Positions 39,793-49,806 of a stretch of DNA of 64,000 nucleotides are shown here, one piece after another. Every line of letters starts with the position of its first letter. Position 1 is the stretch's first letter. The notes below the pieces were generated by a model. It did not search any database. It worked only from the letters and a program-made list of their open reading frames with translations, and was not told the DNA's origin. The position numbers and the translations under genes are program-made. The DNA is from Acidimicrobiia bacterium (GTDB lineage: Bacteria > Actinomycetota > Acidimicrobiia > Spongiisociales > JAENVV01): the NCBI GenBank assembly GCA_041586155.1, contig JBFHAT010000006.1, positions 20,486-84,485 on the forward strand, written 5' to 3'.

Positions 39793-41250
39793 ATGACACC
39801 CTTTGACCAACCGCCCGACTGGGTGACCGACGCCGTGTTCTACCAGATATTCCCGGATCGGTTTGCCCAATCCGGCCGCTGGCCCAAACCACGCGACCTC
39901 GAGCCGTGGGCGGAGCCGCCCACGACCCATGGCTACAAGGGAGGCGACCTGGGCGGTGTCATCGACCGGCTCGACTATCTCCAAGAGCTGGGCATCACGG
40001 CACTGTATTTCAATCCGATCTTCGCCAGCGCATCCAACCACCGCTACCACGCCTGGGACTTCTATCGGATCGATCCACTCCTCGGCGACCGGGACTTGTT
40101 CGATGAGATGGTGTCCGCCTGTCACGATCGAGGGATACGCGTCGTCATCGACGGCGTCTTCAACCACTGCGGGCGGGGCCTCTATCAGTTCCACGACCTC
40201 CTCGAATCGGGCCAGTCATCGCCGTGGAGGGATTGGTTCACGATCCACAGCTGGCCGGTCGACGCCTACGGCCCCGACGCACCCAACTACGACGCATGGT
40301 GGGGCCTACCCGCCCTCCCCAAGTTCAACACCGACAACCCGGAGGTCCGTGAGTTCCTCATGAGGGTGGGCGAGTACTGGGCACGACGGGGCATCGACGG
40401 GTGGCGACTCGACGTCCCGCTGGAAATCCGAACCGAAGGCTTCTGGGAAGAGTTCCGGCGCCGGGTACGTGCCGTCAACCCCGACCTCTACATTCTCGCC
40501 GAGATCTGGGATGACGCCTCCGCGTGGATCAATCACGGTGACCGATTCGATGGCACCATGAACTACCTCTTCGCCGGGCACACGCTGGCATTCACCGCCG
40601 GCCACCGGATCCCCGGCGACTTGGCCGACGGCCTGACCTACCCCTTGAAGCCGGCGCTCGACGCCGGCCAGTACGCCACGACCATCGAACACCTCCTGGG
40701 GCTGTACCCCTGGTCTCGGACCTTGGTGAACTTCAACCTCCTCGATTCTCACGACGTCCCGCGCCTCCTGTCGTTGTGCGGCGGTGATCGGGCGGCCGTT
40801 GAACTGGCAGTGCTGTTGCAGATGACCTTTCCGGGGGCGCCGAGTGTCTACTACGGGTCCGAGATCGGCCTGGCAGGGGGCAAGGACCCCGCCAACCGCG
40901 CCGCGTTCCCGTGGGATCCCTCCGCTTGGGACGATCAGATTCTCGCCACCCATCGAGAACTGATCGCGCTCCGGCATGCCGAACCGGCCCTCAGGCGCGG
41001 CGAGATGGTCATCCTTCCGACGGACCCGGGCTCGATGCTCTACTCCTTCCAACGAGTGTTGGGATCGGACCGGATCATCGTCGCGGTGAACGCCGGCGCC
41101 GACGCGGTGTCGGCCACGATCCAGCCGTCGCTGGGGCATTCGTTCCGGACGTTGTGGGGCGACGGGGGCATCGCCGGAGACGAACGGGCCCTTCGGATCG
41201 CGCTGCCTCCGCGATCGGGGGCGATGTGGAAAGTCACCGACCTGGTGTAG
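39793..41250 (+). CDS. GH13 neopullulanase/cyclomaltodextrinase
   Basis: YQIFPDRF, GGDL, DGVFNH, DGWRLDV, AEIW, DSHD. Confidence 0.95.
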   Translation: MTPFDQPPDWVTDAVFYQIFPDRFAQSGRWPKPRDLEPWAEPPTTHGYKGGDLGGVIDRLDYLQELGITALYFNPIFASASNHRYHAWDFYRIDPLLGDRDLFDEMVSACHDRGIRVVIDGVFNHCGRGLYQFHDLLESGQSSPWRDWFTIHSWPVDAYGPDAPNYDAWWGLPALPKFNTDNPEVREFLMRVGEYWARRGIDGWRLDVPLEIRTEGFWEEFRRRVRAVNPDLYILAEIWDDASAWINHGDRFDGTMNYLFAGHTLAFTAGHRIPGDLADGLTYPLKPALDAGQYATTIEHLLGLYPWSRTLVNFNLLDSHDVPRLLSLCGGDRAAVELAVLLQMTFPGAPSVYYGSEIGLAGGKDPANRAAFPWDPSAWDDQILATHRELIALRHAEPALRRGEMVILPTDPGSMLYSFQRVLGSDRIIVAVNAGADAVSATIQPSLGHSFRTLWGDGGIAGDERALRIALPPRSGAMWKVTDLV

Positions 41251-41271
41251 TCGGCCCAGATATCGCTCCGA

Positions 41272-43185
41272 TCACCCCACGGTCACGGTCACGACTGCGG
41301 TCGCAGTCCCGCCCCGCCCGTCGCCGACCGTATATGTGAAGGTGTCCACGCCCGTGAACCCGGCGGGGGCGCGGTACGCACAAGAGGTCGTGCAGATCAC
41401 TTCGCCACCCGCGGATGAGGTTGCTTCGAAACCGACGATGGTGCGAGGGTCGCCCTCCGGGTCCGAGTCGTTGGCGAGGACCGTCACCGAGACTGACCCA
41501 CCCACACCCACCGTGGCAGTGTCTTCTCGGGCCAACGGTGGGTCGTTGACCGGTGCCACCACGATCGTGACCGTCGCCGAGTCGACCAGCCCACCTTCGT
41601 TGGCGATTCGGTAGGTGAAGGTGTCAGTGCCGTTGAAATCCACGCTCGGCGTGTAGCTACAGGTCGTCGCGCCACAGGCAACGATTCCTCCGGACGCCGC
41701 CTCGGCGTCGGCGCCGACGATTGCGACCGTTCCTCCGCCGAGGTCGGAGTCGTTGGCGGTCACGGCGATCGTGATCGGCGTGTCCTCGTCGGTGGCAGTC
41801 GCGTCGTCGATCGCTTCAGGGGGCAGCAGCACCACCAACGTCGTCGTGGTGGTCGTGGTCGATGTCGTGCTGGTGGTTGCATCCGGTTGGCTGGTCGGGG
41901 GCGGGTCAGTCGTTGTCGGTGGAGCAGCGGTCGTGGAGGGAGCCGTCGTGGTGGGCGGAGTCGAGGTCGACGGGGAGGGAGCGGTCGTCGGCGGCGCCTG
42001 CAAAGGGTCGGCAGTGGGGTCCGGTGCCGTCGCCGCCGATGATCCGCCGACCGCATCGGGGCCGGGCTGAGTGGTCACGGCTGGAGGTGCGGCCACGGCC
42101 CTCGGAGCCTCGACCGCACCCACTCCAAACGCTGCGAACAGGGCGAGCAGCGCCGCCGCCAGGATCGCCAAGTCGCGGCCGATCCGCTCCAGTCCGCCGA
42201 CAAAGGGGATTTGGGCAAACCATGAGGCAGGCCCGATGACCCAGCGCAGCTTGCCCAACGAGACGTTGAGAAACGCTCGTACGACGTTTGGGTCGAAATG
42301 GGTTCCAGCACTGCGGGCCAGCTCTTCGCGAGCGATGCCGGCGGAGATGGGCTGCTTGTACGAGCGTGCGCTGGTGATGGCGTCGTAGGAGTCGGCCACG
42401 GCGACGATTCGGGCCGCATACGAGATCTCCCCGCCGGCGAGGCCCGTCGGATATCCCGTGCCGTCGTACTTCTCATGGTGCTCTTCCACCGCGGGGGCCC
42501 ATTCGCCCAGCCACCCCGCCAGCGGTCCGAGTATCCGAGCGCCATGAAGCGGGTGCGATCGGAGTCGCTCCCACTCCTCGTCGGTTGGGCGCCCGGGCTT
42601 GTTGAGGATGTCTGAATGCACGTCGAGCTTGCCGATGTCGTGCAACAGCGCGGCCCATCGCAGCTTGTCACGCGACGTGTCGTCGAGCTGGAGCTCCTCT
42701 GCGATCAGATCGGTGAAGATTCGCACACGTTCGGCGTGGCCCCGGGTGAGACGGTCATGATCGTTGAGCGCCGCCGCCAGCGCGAGGACGTTTTCGGCCA
42801 CGTCGGCCATCTCGGCGTCGCCGGCGCTGCGGGAGGCCTCGAGTCGCTCTTCGAGCCGTTTGGTGCTCCCTGCCAGCCGTAGGACCTTCATCCGGCTCGG
42901 GGCACGGTCGGGAAACAACATCGTCATCTGCATGAGGACCGCCAGCGGCAGCGCCCGTCGTGCCAGCCGGTCGACGAGGATCATGGCGGCGGTGGCCGAC
43001 CCGATGACGGCGACCCACCAAAGGACGACACCGAGCGTTCCTTCCGGTCGGGGCAACAGCCGGCTGACGGTCACCGCGACGACGACGGCTGCGACGATCG
43101 GTGCGAGGAAGACGAGCGCGCGCACGGCGCGCGCCGCCCAGACGCGCCCTTCCCACCGAGCTTCGGCGTCGGTCGTGGTCATCAC
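41272..43185 (-). CDS. Membrane HD-GYP phosphodiesterase with P/T stalk and two Big_9/cadherin-like repeats
   Basis: Two N-terminal TMs; HAERV, LHDIGK, HHEKYDGTGYP; third TM; Thr/Pro linker; DEDTPITIAVTANDSD...YTPSVDFNGTDTFTY and NDSDPEG...FTGVDTFTY. Confidence 0.9.
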   Translation of the reverse strand: MMTTTDAEARWEGRVWAARAVRALVFLAPIVAAVVVAVTVSRLLPRPEGTLGVVLWWVAVIGSATAAMILVDRLARRALPLAVLMQMTMLFPDRAPSRMKVLRLAGSTKRLEERLEASRSAGDAEMADVAENVLALAAALNDHDRLTRGHAERVRIFTDLIAEELQLDDTSRDKLRWAALLHDIGKLDVHSDILNKPGRPTDEEWERLRSHPLHGARILGPLAGWLGEWAPAVEEHHEKYDGTGYPTGLAGGEISYAARIVAVADSYDAITSARSYKQPISAGIAREELARSAGTHFDPNVVRAFLNVSLGKLRWVIGPASWFAQIPFVGGLERIGRDLAILAAALLALFAAFGVGAVEAPRAVAAPPAVTTQPGPDAVGGSSAATAPDPTADPLQAPPTTAPSPSTSTPPTTTAPSTTAAPPTTTDPPPTSQPDATTSTTSTTTTTTTLVVLLPPEAIDDATATDEDTPITIAVTANDSDLGGGTVAIVGADAEAASGGIVACGATTCSYTPSVDFNGTDTFTYRIANEGGLVDSATVTIVVAPVNDPPLAREDTATVGVGGSVSVTVLANDSDPEGDPRTIVGFEATSSAGGEVICTTSCAYRAPAGFTGVDTFTYTVGDGRGGTATAVVTVTVG

Positions 43186-43230
43186 CTCTCCCGGGAGTCC
43201 ACCGGTTGGATCGGCCAGATCGGCCGTCCG

Positions 43231-45432
43231 CTAGAGCGATTCGTCGTCGGCGGACCGGACGGGACGCGGGATCACCGAGTCGACCATCATCGCCAGGTCG
43301 CGCACCCGCACGTCATCGCGTCCCAGCTCCTTGACACCATCGTCGATCATGACGTAGCAGTACGGGCAGGAGACCGCGATCTCTTCGGCACCTGTGGCGA
43401 GCGCCTCCTCGGCACGTTCGATGTTGATCTTCTTGCCGGTGTGCTCTTCCATCCAGAACCGGGCGCCTCCAGCGCCGCAGCACAGCGCCTTGGTGCCGTG
43501 CCTGGGCATCTCCACCAAATCGACGTCGCCGGTGGCGGCGACGACTTCCCGCGGGTCGACGTACACGTCGTTGTGGCGACCGAGATAGCAGGGGTCGTGG
43601 TAGGTGACCGTGCGCTTGGTCCCGGCCGACCTCCGAGCCGGTGACAGCTGATCGTTCCGGATGAGCTCGGCGAGGAGTTGACTGTGGTGGACTACCTCGT
43701 AACTCCCGCCGAGCTGAGGGTACTCGTTACCGATGGTGTTGAAGCAATGTGGGCACTGGGTGATGACCCGCTTGACGCCGAGCTCATCGAGCGTTTCGAT
43801 GTTCTGGAGGGCGAGTTGCTGGTACAGGTACTCGTTGCCCGCCCGGCGCGCCGGATCTCCGGTGCATGTCTCGGCTTGGCCGAGGATCGCAAAGTCGACC
43901 CCCGCATCGTGGAGCAGCCGCACGGTGGCTTGAGTGACGGCGGTGTTGCGGTCATCGAACGAGCCGGCACATCCCACCCAGTAGAGATACTCGGCTGTTT
44001 CGACGTCTTGGCCGAGAACCGGTACCTGGAAGTCGAGACCCTTGGTCCAGTCCGCTCGATTCTGCTGGCTCATCCCCCACGGATTGCCCTGATTCTCCAT
44101 GGCGACGAACGCCTTGCCCAGCTCTGCTGGGAAGTCGGCTTCCATGAGGCTCTTGTACCTGCGCATGTCGAGGATCTTGTCGAGGATCTCGATGTCAACG
44201 GGACAGATCTCGTCGCAGGCGCGGCACGTCGTGCAAGACCACAGTTCTGCCGAATCGACCCGCTCGAAGACCGAGTCGGACTCGACGACGATCCCTTCCG
44301 CCAGCGTCACTGGCGACGTGACCGGTACCGGAGCCGTGCTGGCTGCAACCTCCCCTACCTTGAGGACCATCTCGCGCGGATCGAGTGGCTTGCCCGTGAT
44401 GTTCGCCGGGCACACCGACGTGCACCGGCCGCAGATGGTGCACGCGTCCGTGTCGAAGAGCTGTTTCCACGAGAAGTCGGCGATGACGGCTGCGCCGATG
44501 GAGTCGATGTCCGCCTCCATAAGGTTGGGGACGTGTTTCATCGCCCCCTTGGGTCGCTCCTTGGGAGCGAGGAACATGTTGGCGGGCGAGGTGACCATGT
44601 GACGCAGCTTGGTGGTCGGGAGGACCACCAGAAACGCCATGAAGAGCGCAGCGTGGCTGATCCAGAACACCTGATGGAGGCCGGCCGCGACCGCCTCCGG
44701 GATCATGAAGCTGAGTGGATACCCGACGAAGCTGGCCTGCTCGAAGTCGGGCTGGCCGGCCAGCGCGATCCGTGCCGCTTCGGTCAAGAGCCCGGTGACA
44801 CCGATGAGGACGAGGACGACCAGGATCAGCCCGTCCTCTGGTTTGGTCTTCGATCGCAGCCGCCAGGGCCGTTGCAGATAACGGCGGGCGAACGCCCACG
44901 CCAGCCCGCCCAAGAAGACGAGTGATGCCAGGTCGAGAATGGCCGAGTAGGCCTGATAGACCGTGCCCTCGAGGAATTTGAAGCGCAGCGGCAACACGTG
45001 GTCGATCTCCAGGGTGACCGTACCGAGGAACAAGACAATGAATCCGTAGTACACCATCGAGTGCATGAGCCCTGCCTGCCGGTCGCGCATGAGCGTCTTC
45101 ATGCGCAGCCCTCTGTCGAGCTCCTTGATGCGACGCCCCCACTGGCCGGTGCGCACTTCAGGCCCGCCCCGCTGCCAGTTCTGCGCTCGCAGGGCGAACA
45201 GGTAGAACATCAGCGCCAGGAAGCCGGATACGCCGACGTAGAACAGCGCCACGACCGGTCCCGGTATGTTGCCGAACACCTCGCGGCCTACTTCGAAATG
45301 GGGCTCTTCAGGCAGGCTGCCGACGAACCAGAGACCGAGCGTGCCGACGAATGCGAGCACCCCGGTGATGAGCAGGACGGTCGAGGCCCGCACCGTTGGG
45401 CGGCCGGGCGGTTGGTCGTCGGGTGCGCTCAT
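43231..45432 (-). CDS. Membrane Fe-S oxidoreductase (FadF/HdrED-like)
   Basis: TM domain with His residues; CTICGRCTSVCP, CTTCRACDEICP; CCG domains (YWVGC, YHDPC, CCGAGG). Confidence 0.92.
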   Translation of the reverse strand: MSAPDDQPPGRPTVRASTVLLITGVLAFVGTLGLWFVGSLPEEPHFEVGREVFGNIPGPVVALFYVGVSGFLALMFYLFALRAQNWQRGGPEVRTGQWGRRIKELDRGLRMKTLMRDRQAGLMHSMVYYGFIVLFLGTVTLEIDHVLPLRFKFLEGTVYQAYSAILDLASLVFLGGLAWAFARRYLQRPWRLRSKTKPEDGLILVVLVLIGVTGLLTEAARIALAGQPDFEQASFVGYPLSFMIPEAVAAGLHQVFWISHAALFMAFLVVLPTTKLRHMVTSPANMFLAPKERPKGAMKHVPNLMEADIDSIGAAVIADFSWKQLFDTDACTICGRCTSVCPANITGKPLDPREMVLKVGEVAASTAPVPVTSPVTLAEGIVVESDSVFERVDSAELWSCTTCRACDEICPVDIEILDKILDMRRYKSLMEADFPAELGKAFVAMENQGNPWGMSQQNRADWTKGLDFQVPVLGQDVETAEYLYWVGCAGSFDDRNTAVTQATVRLLHDAGVDFAILGQAETCTGDPARRAGNEYLYQQLALQNIETLDELGVKRVITQCPHCFNTIGNEYPQLGGSYEVVHHSQLLAELIRNDQLSPARRSAGTKRTVTYHDPCYLGRHNDVYVDPREVVAATGDVDLVEMPRHGTKALCCGAGGARFWMEEHTGKKINIERAEEALATGAEEIAVSCPYCYVMIDDGVKELGRDDVRVRDLAMMVDSVIPRPVRSADDESL

Positions 45433-45670
45433 GAGCCGGGAGTGTAACGGCGAGGCGCCCGGGCCACCCGGACCGACGGACGGATATGCCAATCGCTGCT
45501 CGGGCATTTCGCTGAGCTCCCGATTCGGGGAGCCCGGATCCGACGCGCGCACGCGAAAAACTCTCGAGAAATCTCTACAACACCAGTCCGATTTGGCATA
45601 GGTTTCCGGCAGTTCGTGGAGGGTGCCATCTGACGACTCGGAGGGCGCCACGTCGTGCTGGAGGTGCGAC

Positions 45671-47587
45671 ATGTGGGGTAAACGGTTCGTAGCGGTCGTC
45701 TCGATCGCACTGCTGACACTCGGAATGAGTGTGATGGCCGCGGCTCATGACGGCCCGCATCCGGTTCACGTGCTCGGCGACGAGGAGGTGGACACGCCCA
45801 AGGAGGTACACGACCAACAGCAGCACGGGCCCTCGACCGGGCACCTGCCGGCGTCCAGCCTCAACGTGACGCTGGTCGGCAAGGTGGACGTCAGCGGCGC
45901 GGTCGGCGTCAACCGGCCCAATCACATCGCCGACGTCGCCGTGCTGGGCAACTACGCGTATTTGGCAGCCCGGCGCCTCAACACGACGCCGTGCGGGCCG
46001 GGCGGAGTCTATGTCGTCGACATCTCGAATCCGGCGTCACCCACCGAGGTCGGTTTCATCGCCTTCCCGCCCGACTCCTACCCGGGCGAAGGCATGCAGG
46101 TCATCAAGGTCAACACGAAGCAGTTCAAGGGCGACGTGCTCGTCACCAACAACGAGAACTGCGGGACGAATCCCGGCCGGGTCGGAGGGATGTCGCTCTA
46201 CGACGTCACCAACCCGTTGGCTCCGGTGCCGCTGGCGGTTGGGGTGGGCGACACCAACGGAGGGACCCTCGCCCGCGCTCGGCAGATCCACTCGGTGTTC
46301 GCCTGGCAGGACACCCGAAGGGCGTTCGCCATCATGGTGGACAACGAAGAGGTCACCGACACCGACATCATGGAGATCACCGATCCCCGCAACCCGGTGT
46401 TGATCAAAGAGACTGGCATCCTGGACTGGCCGGACGCCCACTCTCCACTTGCCAACGGGGAGGCCGTCTTCCTCCACGACTTGGTCGTGAAGAAGGTGAA
46501 TGGCGACTGGCTGGCGTTGTTGTCGTACTGGGACGCGGGCTGGATCGTGCTCAACGTCAACGACCCGGCCAACCCGGTGTTCCTCGACGACTCCAACTAC
46601 CCGGATCCCGACACGTTGCTGGGATTTTCGCCACCGGAGGGCAACGCCCACCAGGCGGAGTGGAGCCACAACAACAAGTTCATCATCGGAACCGATGAGG
46701 ACTTCTCGTCGAATCGGACCCAGTTCCAGATGACCGACGGGCCAAACGCAGGCTTCTACGGTGCCGGGCAGTTCTCGTGGACGGTGCCCATCACGACGTC
46801 GAATCCGTTCAGCGGCAAGACCGTCTGGGGCGGCTCGGGCTGTGTGGAAGACGTCAACGGCAACAGCGTCAGCGACCGAACCGAGGTTCCTCCGGCCAGC
46901 GTCACAGGCGCCGACGTGGTGGTGTTCACCCGGGGAACGTGTTTCTTCTCGATCAAGGTCGAGTCGGGACAGCTCGCCGGATACAGCAAGGTGATCATCG
47001 GCCAGAGCCACGGCGGTACTCGCAACGGGCTGACGCCCAACGGGTTCACGTGTGGCGGCCAAGGTCATGTGTTCACGATCACCGCGTCCGCGATCTGCAT
47101 CGGCCATCGAGCCATGCACTTGCTGTTCAACGACACGCCGGAGTACACGTCCTCCCCCGAGGGCAGCGACCTGCCTGCGCTGGGCACACTCGGCGCCTCG
47201 GTGGCGGCGCAGACGACATTCGACGGTTGGGGTGGTCTCCATCTCCTCGATGCGAAGACGCTCGCAACCATCGACTCGTACGCAGTGGCTGAGGGCATCG
47301 ACCCAGCGTTCGCGACCGGGTTCGGCACCCTCAGCGTGCACGAGGTTGCCGTCGACAAGGCGGTCGACCTCGGCTACCTGTCGTACTACGACGCCGGACT
47401 GCGGGTGATAAGTTTCGGCCCCGCCGGGATCACCGAGGTAGGGCACTACATCCACCCCGGAGGCAATGACTTCTGGGGCGTGGAGGCGCACCGTCTGCCC
47501 GGCGACCCGTCGGAGACGACGTACATCCTGGCCAGCGACCGCGACTCCGGTCTGTGGATCTTCCGGTACACGGGTCCCACTCCCTGA
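45671..47587 (+). CDS. Secreted LVIVD-repeat beta-propeller protein with PA-like insert
   Basis: GGAGG RBS; signal peptide; VYVVDISNP, LYDVTNP, IMEITDP, VLNVNDP; RGTCFFSIK PA-like motif. Confidence 0.85.
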   Translation: MWGKRFVAVVSIALLTLGMSVMAAAHDGPHPVHVLGDEEVDTPKEVHDQQQHGPSTGHLPASSLNVTLVGKVDVSGAVGVNRPNHIADVAVLGNYAYLAARRLNTTPCGPGGVYVVDISNPASPTEVGFIAFPPDSYPGEGMQVIKVNTKQFKGDVLVTNNENCGTNPGRVGGMSLYDVTNPLAPVPLAVGVGDTNGGTLARARQIHSVFAWQDTRRAFAIMVDNEEVTDTDIMEITDPRNPVLIKETGILDWPDAHSPLANGEAVFLHDLVVKKVNGDWLALLSYWDAGWIVLNVNDPANPVFLDDSNYPDPDTLLGFSPPEGNAHQAEWSHNNKFIIGTDEDFSSNRTQFQMTDGPNAGFYGAGQFSWTVPITTSNPFSGKTVWGGSGCVEDVNGNSVSDRTEVPPASVTGADVVVFTRGTCFFSIKVESGQLAGYSKVIIGQSHGGTRNGLTPNGFTCGGQGHVFTITASAICIGHRAMHLLFNDTPEYTSSPEGSDLPALGTLGASVAAQTTFDGWGGLHLLDAKTLATIDSYAVAEGIDPAFATGFGTLSVHEVAVDKAVDLGYLSYYDAGLRVISFGPAGITEVGHYIHPGGNDFWGVEAHRLPGDPSETTYILASDRDSGLWIFRYTGPTP

Positions 47588-47608
47588 ACGTTTCGGAACG
47601 ACACAACC

Positions 47609-47640
47609 GACGAGGGGGCGGCATCAGCCGCCCCCTCGTC
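47609..47640. terminator. Hairpin between convergent genes
   Basis: Perfect 14-bp stem gacgagggggcggc-atca-gccgccccctcgtc. Confidence 0.85.
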
Positions 47641-47742
47641 GCGTCGCGCCGAACACTTCAGAATGGACGGGCACGTCGGCCGGGCACGTCGGCCGCAGAG
47701 ACAGGTTCCTGCGCCGACCGGCCGGCATGTGGAATCAGCCGT

Positions 47743-49806
47743 CTACGCGCGGTCGGCGAGTTCGATGTCGGGAACCGAGTGGTCCACCCACGGTTGTTTC
47801 TGTAGCTCGCGCAACTCATCGGGCGGAATGTGGCAGGTGATCGTGTGACCCGGCGAGACCTCCACCGTGGGCGGCTCGATCACGTCGCAGGTGCCTTCGA
47901 TGAACCGGTGACACCGGGTGTGGAACACGCATCCCGGAGGCGGGTCCTTGGGCGAGGGGATCTCACCCCGAAGAGGAATCCGGTTCTCGGCCTCGCCGTC
48001 GACGCTCGGCACGGCCGACAAGAGCGCCTCGGTATAGGGGTGGTTCGGTCCGTCGAACATCGCACCCGTCGGTCCCAGCTCCATGATCCGTCCGATGTAC
48101 ATCACTGCGATGCGGTCGGAGAGATACCTGACGACTCCGATGTCGTGGCTGATGAACAGGTAGCTGGTACCCACGTCACGCTGCAGGTCGTCGAGCAAGT
48201 TCAAGATCGCAGCCTGCACCGAAACGTCCAACGCCGACGTCGGCTCGTCACAAACGACCACTTGCGGGTCGCCGGCGAAGGCGCGGGCGATCGCCACCCG
48301 TTGTTTGAGCCCGCCCGACAGCTGCCGGGGCCGCATGTCGAGATGTCGGTCGGACAACTGCATCGCATGAGCGATCCGAACGGCCGCCTCATCTGCCTCG
48401 TCGCCCGTCTTGCCGGTCAGTTTCGTCACGGCCCGGGTGAGGATGCGCCGCACCGTCCACGCCCTGTTGAGAGCAGAATCGGGATTCTGGAACACCATCT
48501 GGATCGCCTGGATCGACTCGACTCTGCGGTCGGTGGCCCTACCTTCCATGGCCCGCCCCCGCAATGTGATCTCACCGCCCTCGTCGGGCTCGTGGACACC
48601 CAGCATCGTCTTGGCGAGCGTTGACTTTCCCGATCCGGACTCACCCACCAGGCCGAGGGTCTCGCCCTCGGCGAAGCCGAGATCGACCGCCACAAGCGCC
48701 GGGACGTCACCGGTGCGCTGGCGAAACGTCTTCGACACGTTGTGCACGCCGATGATCTCCGTCTCTCCCGGTGTGTGCTCGCTTCCGACGTCTTCAGGCA
48801 CCGGCACTTCGTCGATTCGATCGGGGTAGTGGCAGCGCGTCCAGTGGCCTTCGCTGCGCTCGACGATGGGCGGCTGCTCTTCCCGGCACAGGTCGGTGGC
48901 GATCGGACAGCGGGCGACGTATACGCAGGTAGGAAGAGGTGCGCCGATCTGGGGCAGGCTTCCTGGGATGGTGAAGAGCTCCCGGTCGGTCTTGGTCATT
49001 CCATGCCGGGGAATCGAGTTGAGCAGGCCCACGGTGTATGGATGGCTCGGATTGTCGAAGACGTCGTCGACAGTCCCTTCCTCGACGATGCGGCCGGCGT
49101 ACATGATGCCGACTCGGTCGCACATCGTGCGGATGACACCGAGGTTGTGGGCGATGAGGAGGATGCCGGCACCGATCTCGTCGCGCAGCTCCCGAACGAG
49201 GTCGAGGACCTCCGCCTCGACGGTGGCGTCGAGTCCGGTGGTCGGCTCGTCCAGCACGAGCAGCAGCGGATCCGACGCGAGGGCCATGGCAATGACAACC
49301 CTTTGCAGCATGCCGCCAGAGAGCTGGTGCGGATATCGGTCCATCACGCTGTCAGGATCGGCAATGTGAACTCGTACGAGCGCCTTACGGGCGAGTTCCA
49401 TCGACTCCGCCCTCGAGTGGCCGAGCACCTCGAACGACTCGGCGACTTGGCGGCCGATCTTGAGGACGGGGTTCACGGCCTGGACAGGATCCTGATAGAC
49501 CATCGAGGCGTGGTTGGCCCGAAACTCTCGCAACTCCCTCGGCGACATCGCCGTGACTTCGCGGCCACCGACTTCGATGGTGCCGCCCAGGATTCGCCCA
49601 TTGCTGGGCAAGTAACGCAGAGCGGTGTAGGCAGTGGTCGACTTGCCACAGCCACTCTCCCCGACCAGCCCGTACGCCTCGCCGGGTCTGACCTCGAAGG
49701 TGACACCCCGTAGCACGGCTCGGGGTGTTCCCCGCACCATGTACGCCATTTCGAGGTCTCGGATCGCCAGCGCGGCTGTCGCTGTAGCCGTCGCTCCCTC
49801 CGTCAT
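47743..49806 (-). CDS. Peptide/nickel ABC transporter, fused double ATPase
   Basis: GESGCGKS and GESGSGKS, two LSGG, DEPT; Cys-rich C-terminal domains. Confidence 0.95.
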   Translation of the reverse strand: MTEGATATATAALAIRDLEMAYMVRGTPRAVLRGVTFEVRPGEAYGLVGESGCGKSTTAYTALRYLPSNGRILGGTIEVGGREVTAMSPRELREFRANHASMVYQDPVQAVNPVLKIGRQVAESFEVLGHSRAESMELARKALVRVHIADPDSVMDRYPHQLSGGMLQRVVIAMALASDPLLLVLDEPTTGLDATVEAEVLDLVRELRDEIGAGILLIAHNLGVIRTMCDRVGIMYAGRIVEEGTVDDVFDNPSHPYTVGLLNSIPRHGMTKTDRELFTIPGSLPQIGAPLPTCVYVARCPIATDLCREEQPPIVERSEGHWTRCHYPDRIDEVPVPEDVGSEHTPGETEIIGVHNVSKTFRQRTGDVPALVAVDLGFAEGETLGLVGESGSGKSTLAKTMLGVHEPDEGGEITLRGRAMEGRATDRRVESIQAIQMVFQNPDSALNRAWTVRRILTRAVTKLTGKTGDEADEAAVRIAHAMQLSDRHLDMRPRQLSGGLKQRVAIARAFAGDPQVVVCDEPTSALDVSVQAAILNLLDDLQRDVGTSYLFISHDIGVVRYLSDRIAVMYIGRIMELGPTGAMFDGPNHPYTEALLSAVPSVDGEAENRIPLRGEIPSPKDPPPGCVFHTRCHRFIEGTCDVIEPPTVEVSPGHTITCHIPPDELRELQKQPWVDHSVPDIELADRA

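Noticed and set aside
47668-47693. 13-bp tandem duplication cgggcacgtcggc x2
   Set aside because: Only two copies between convergent genes; likely slippage, and no element lies between them
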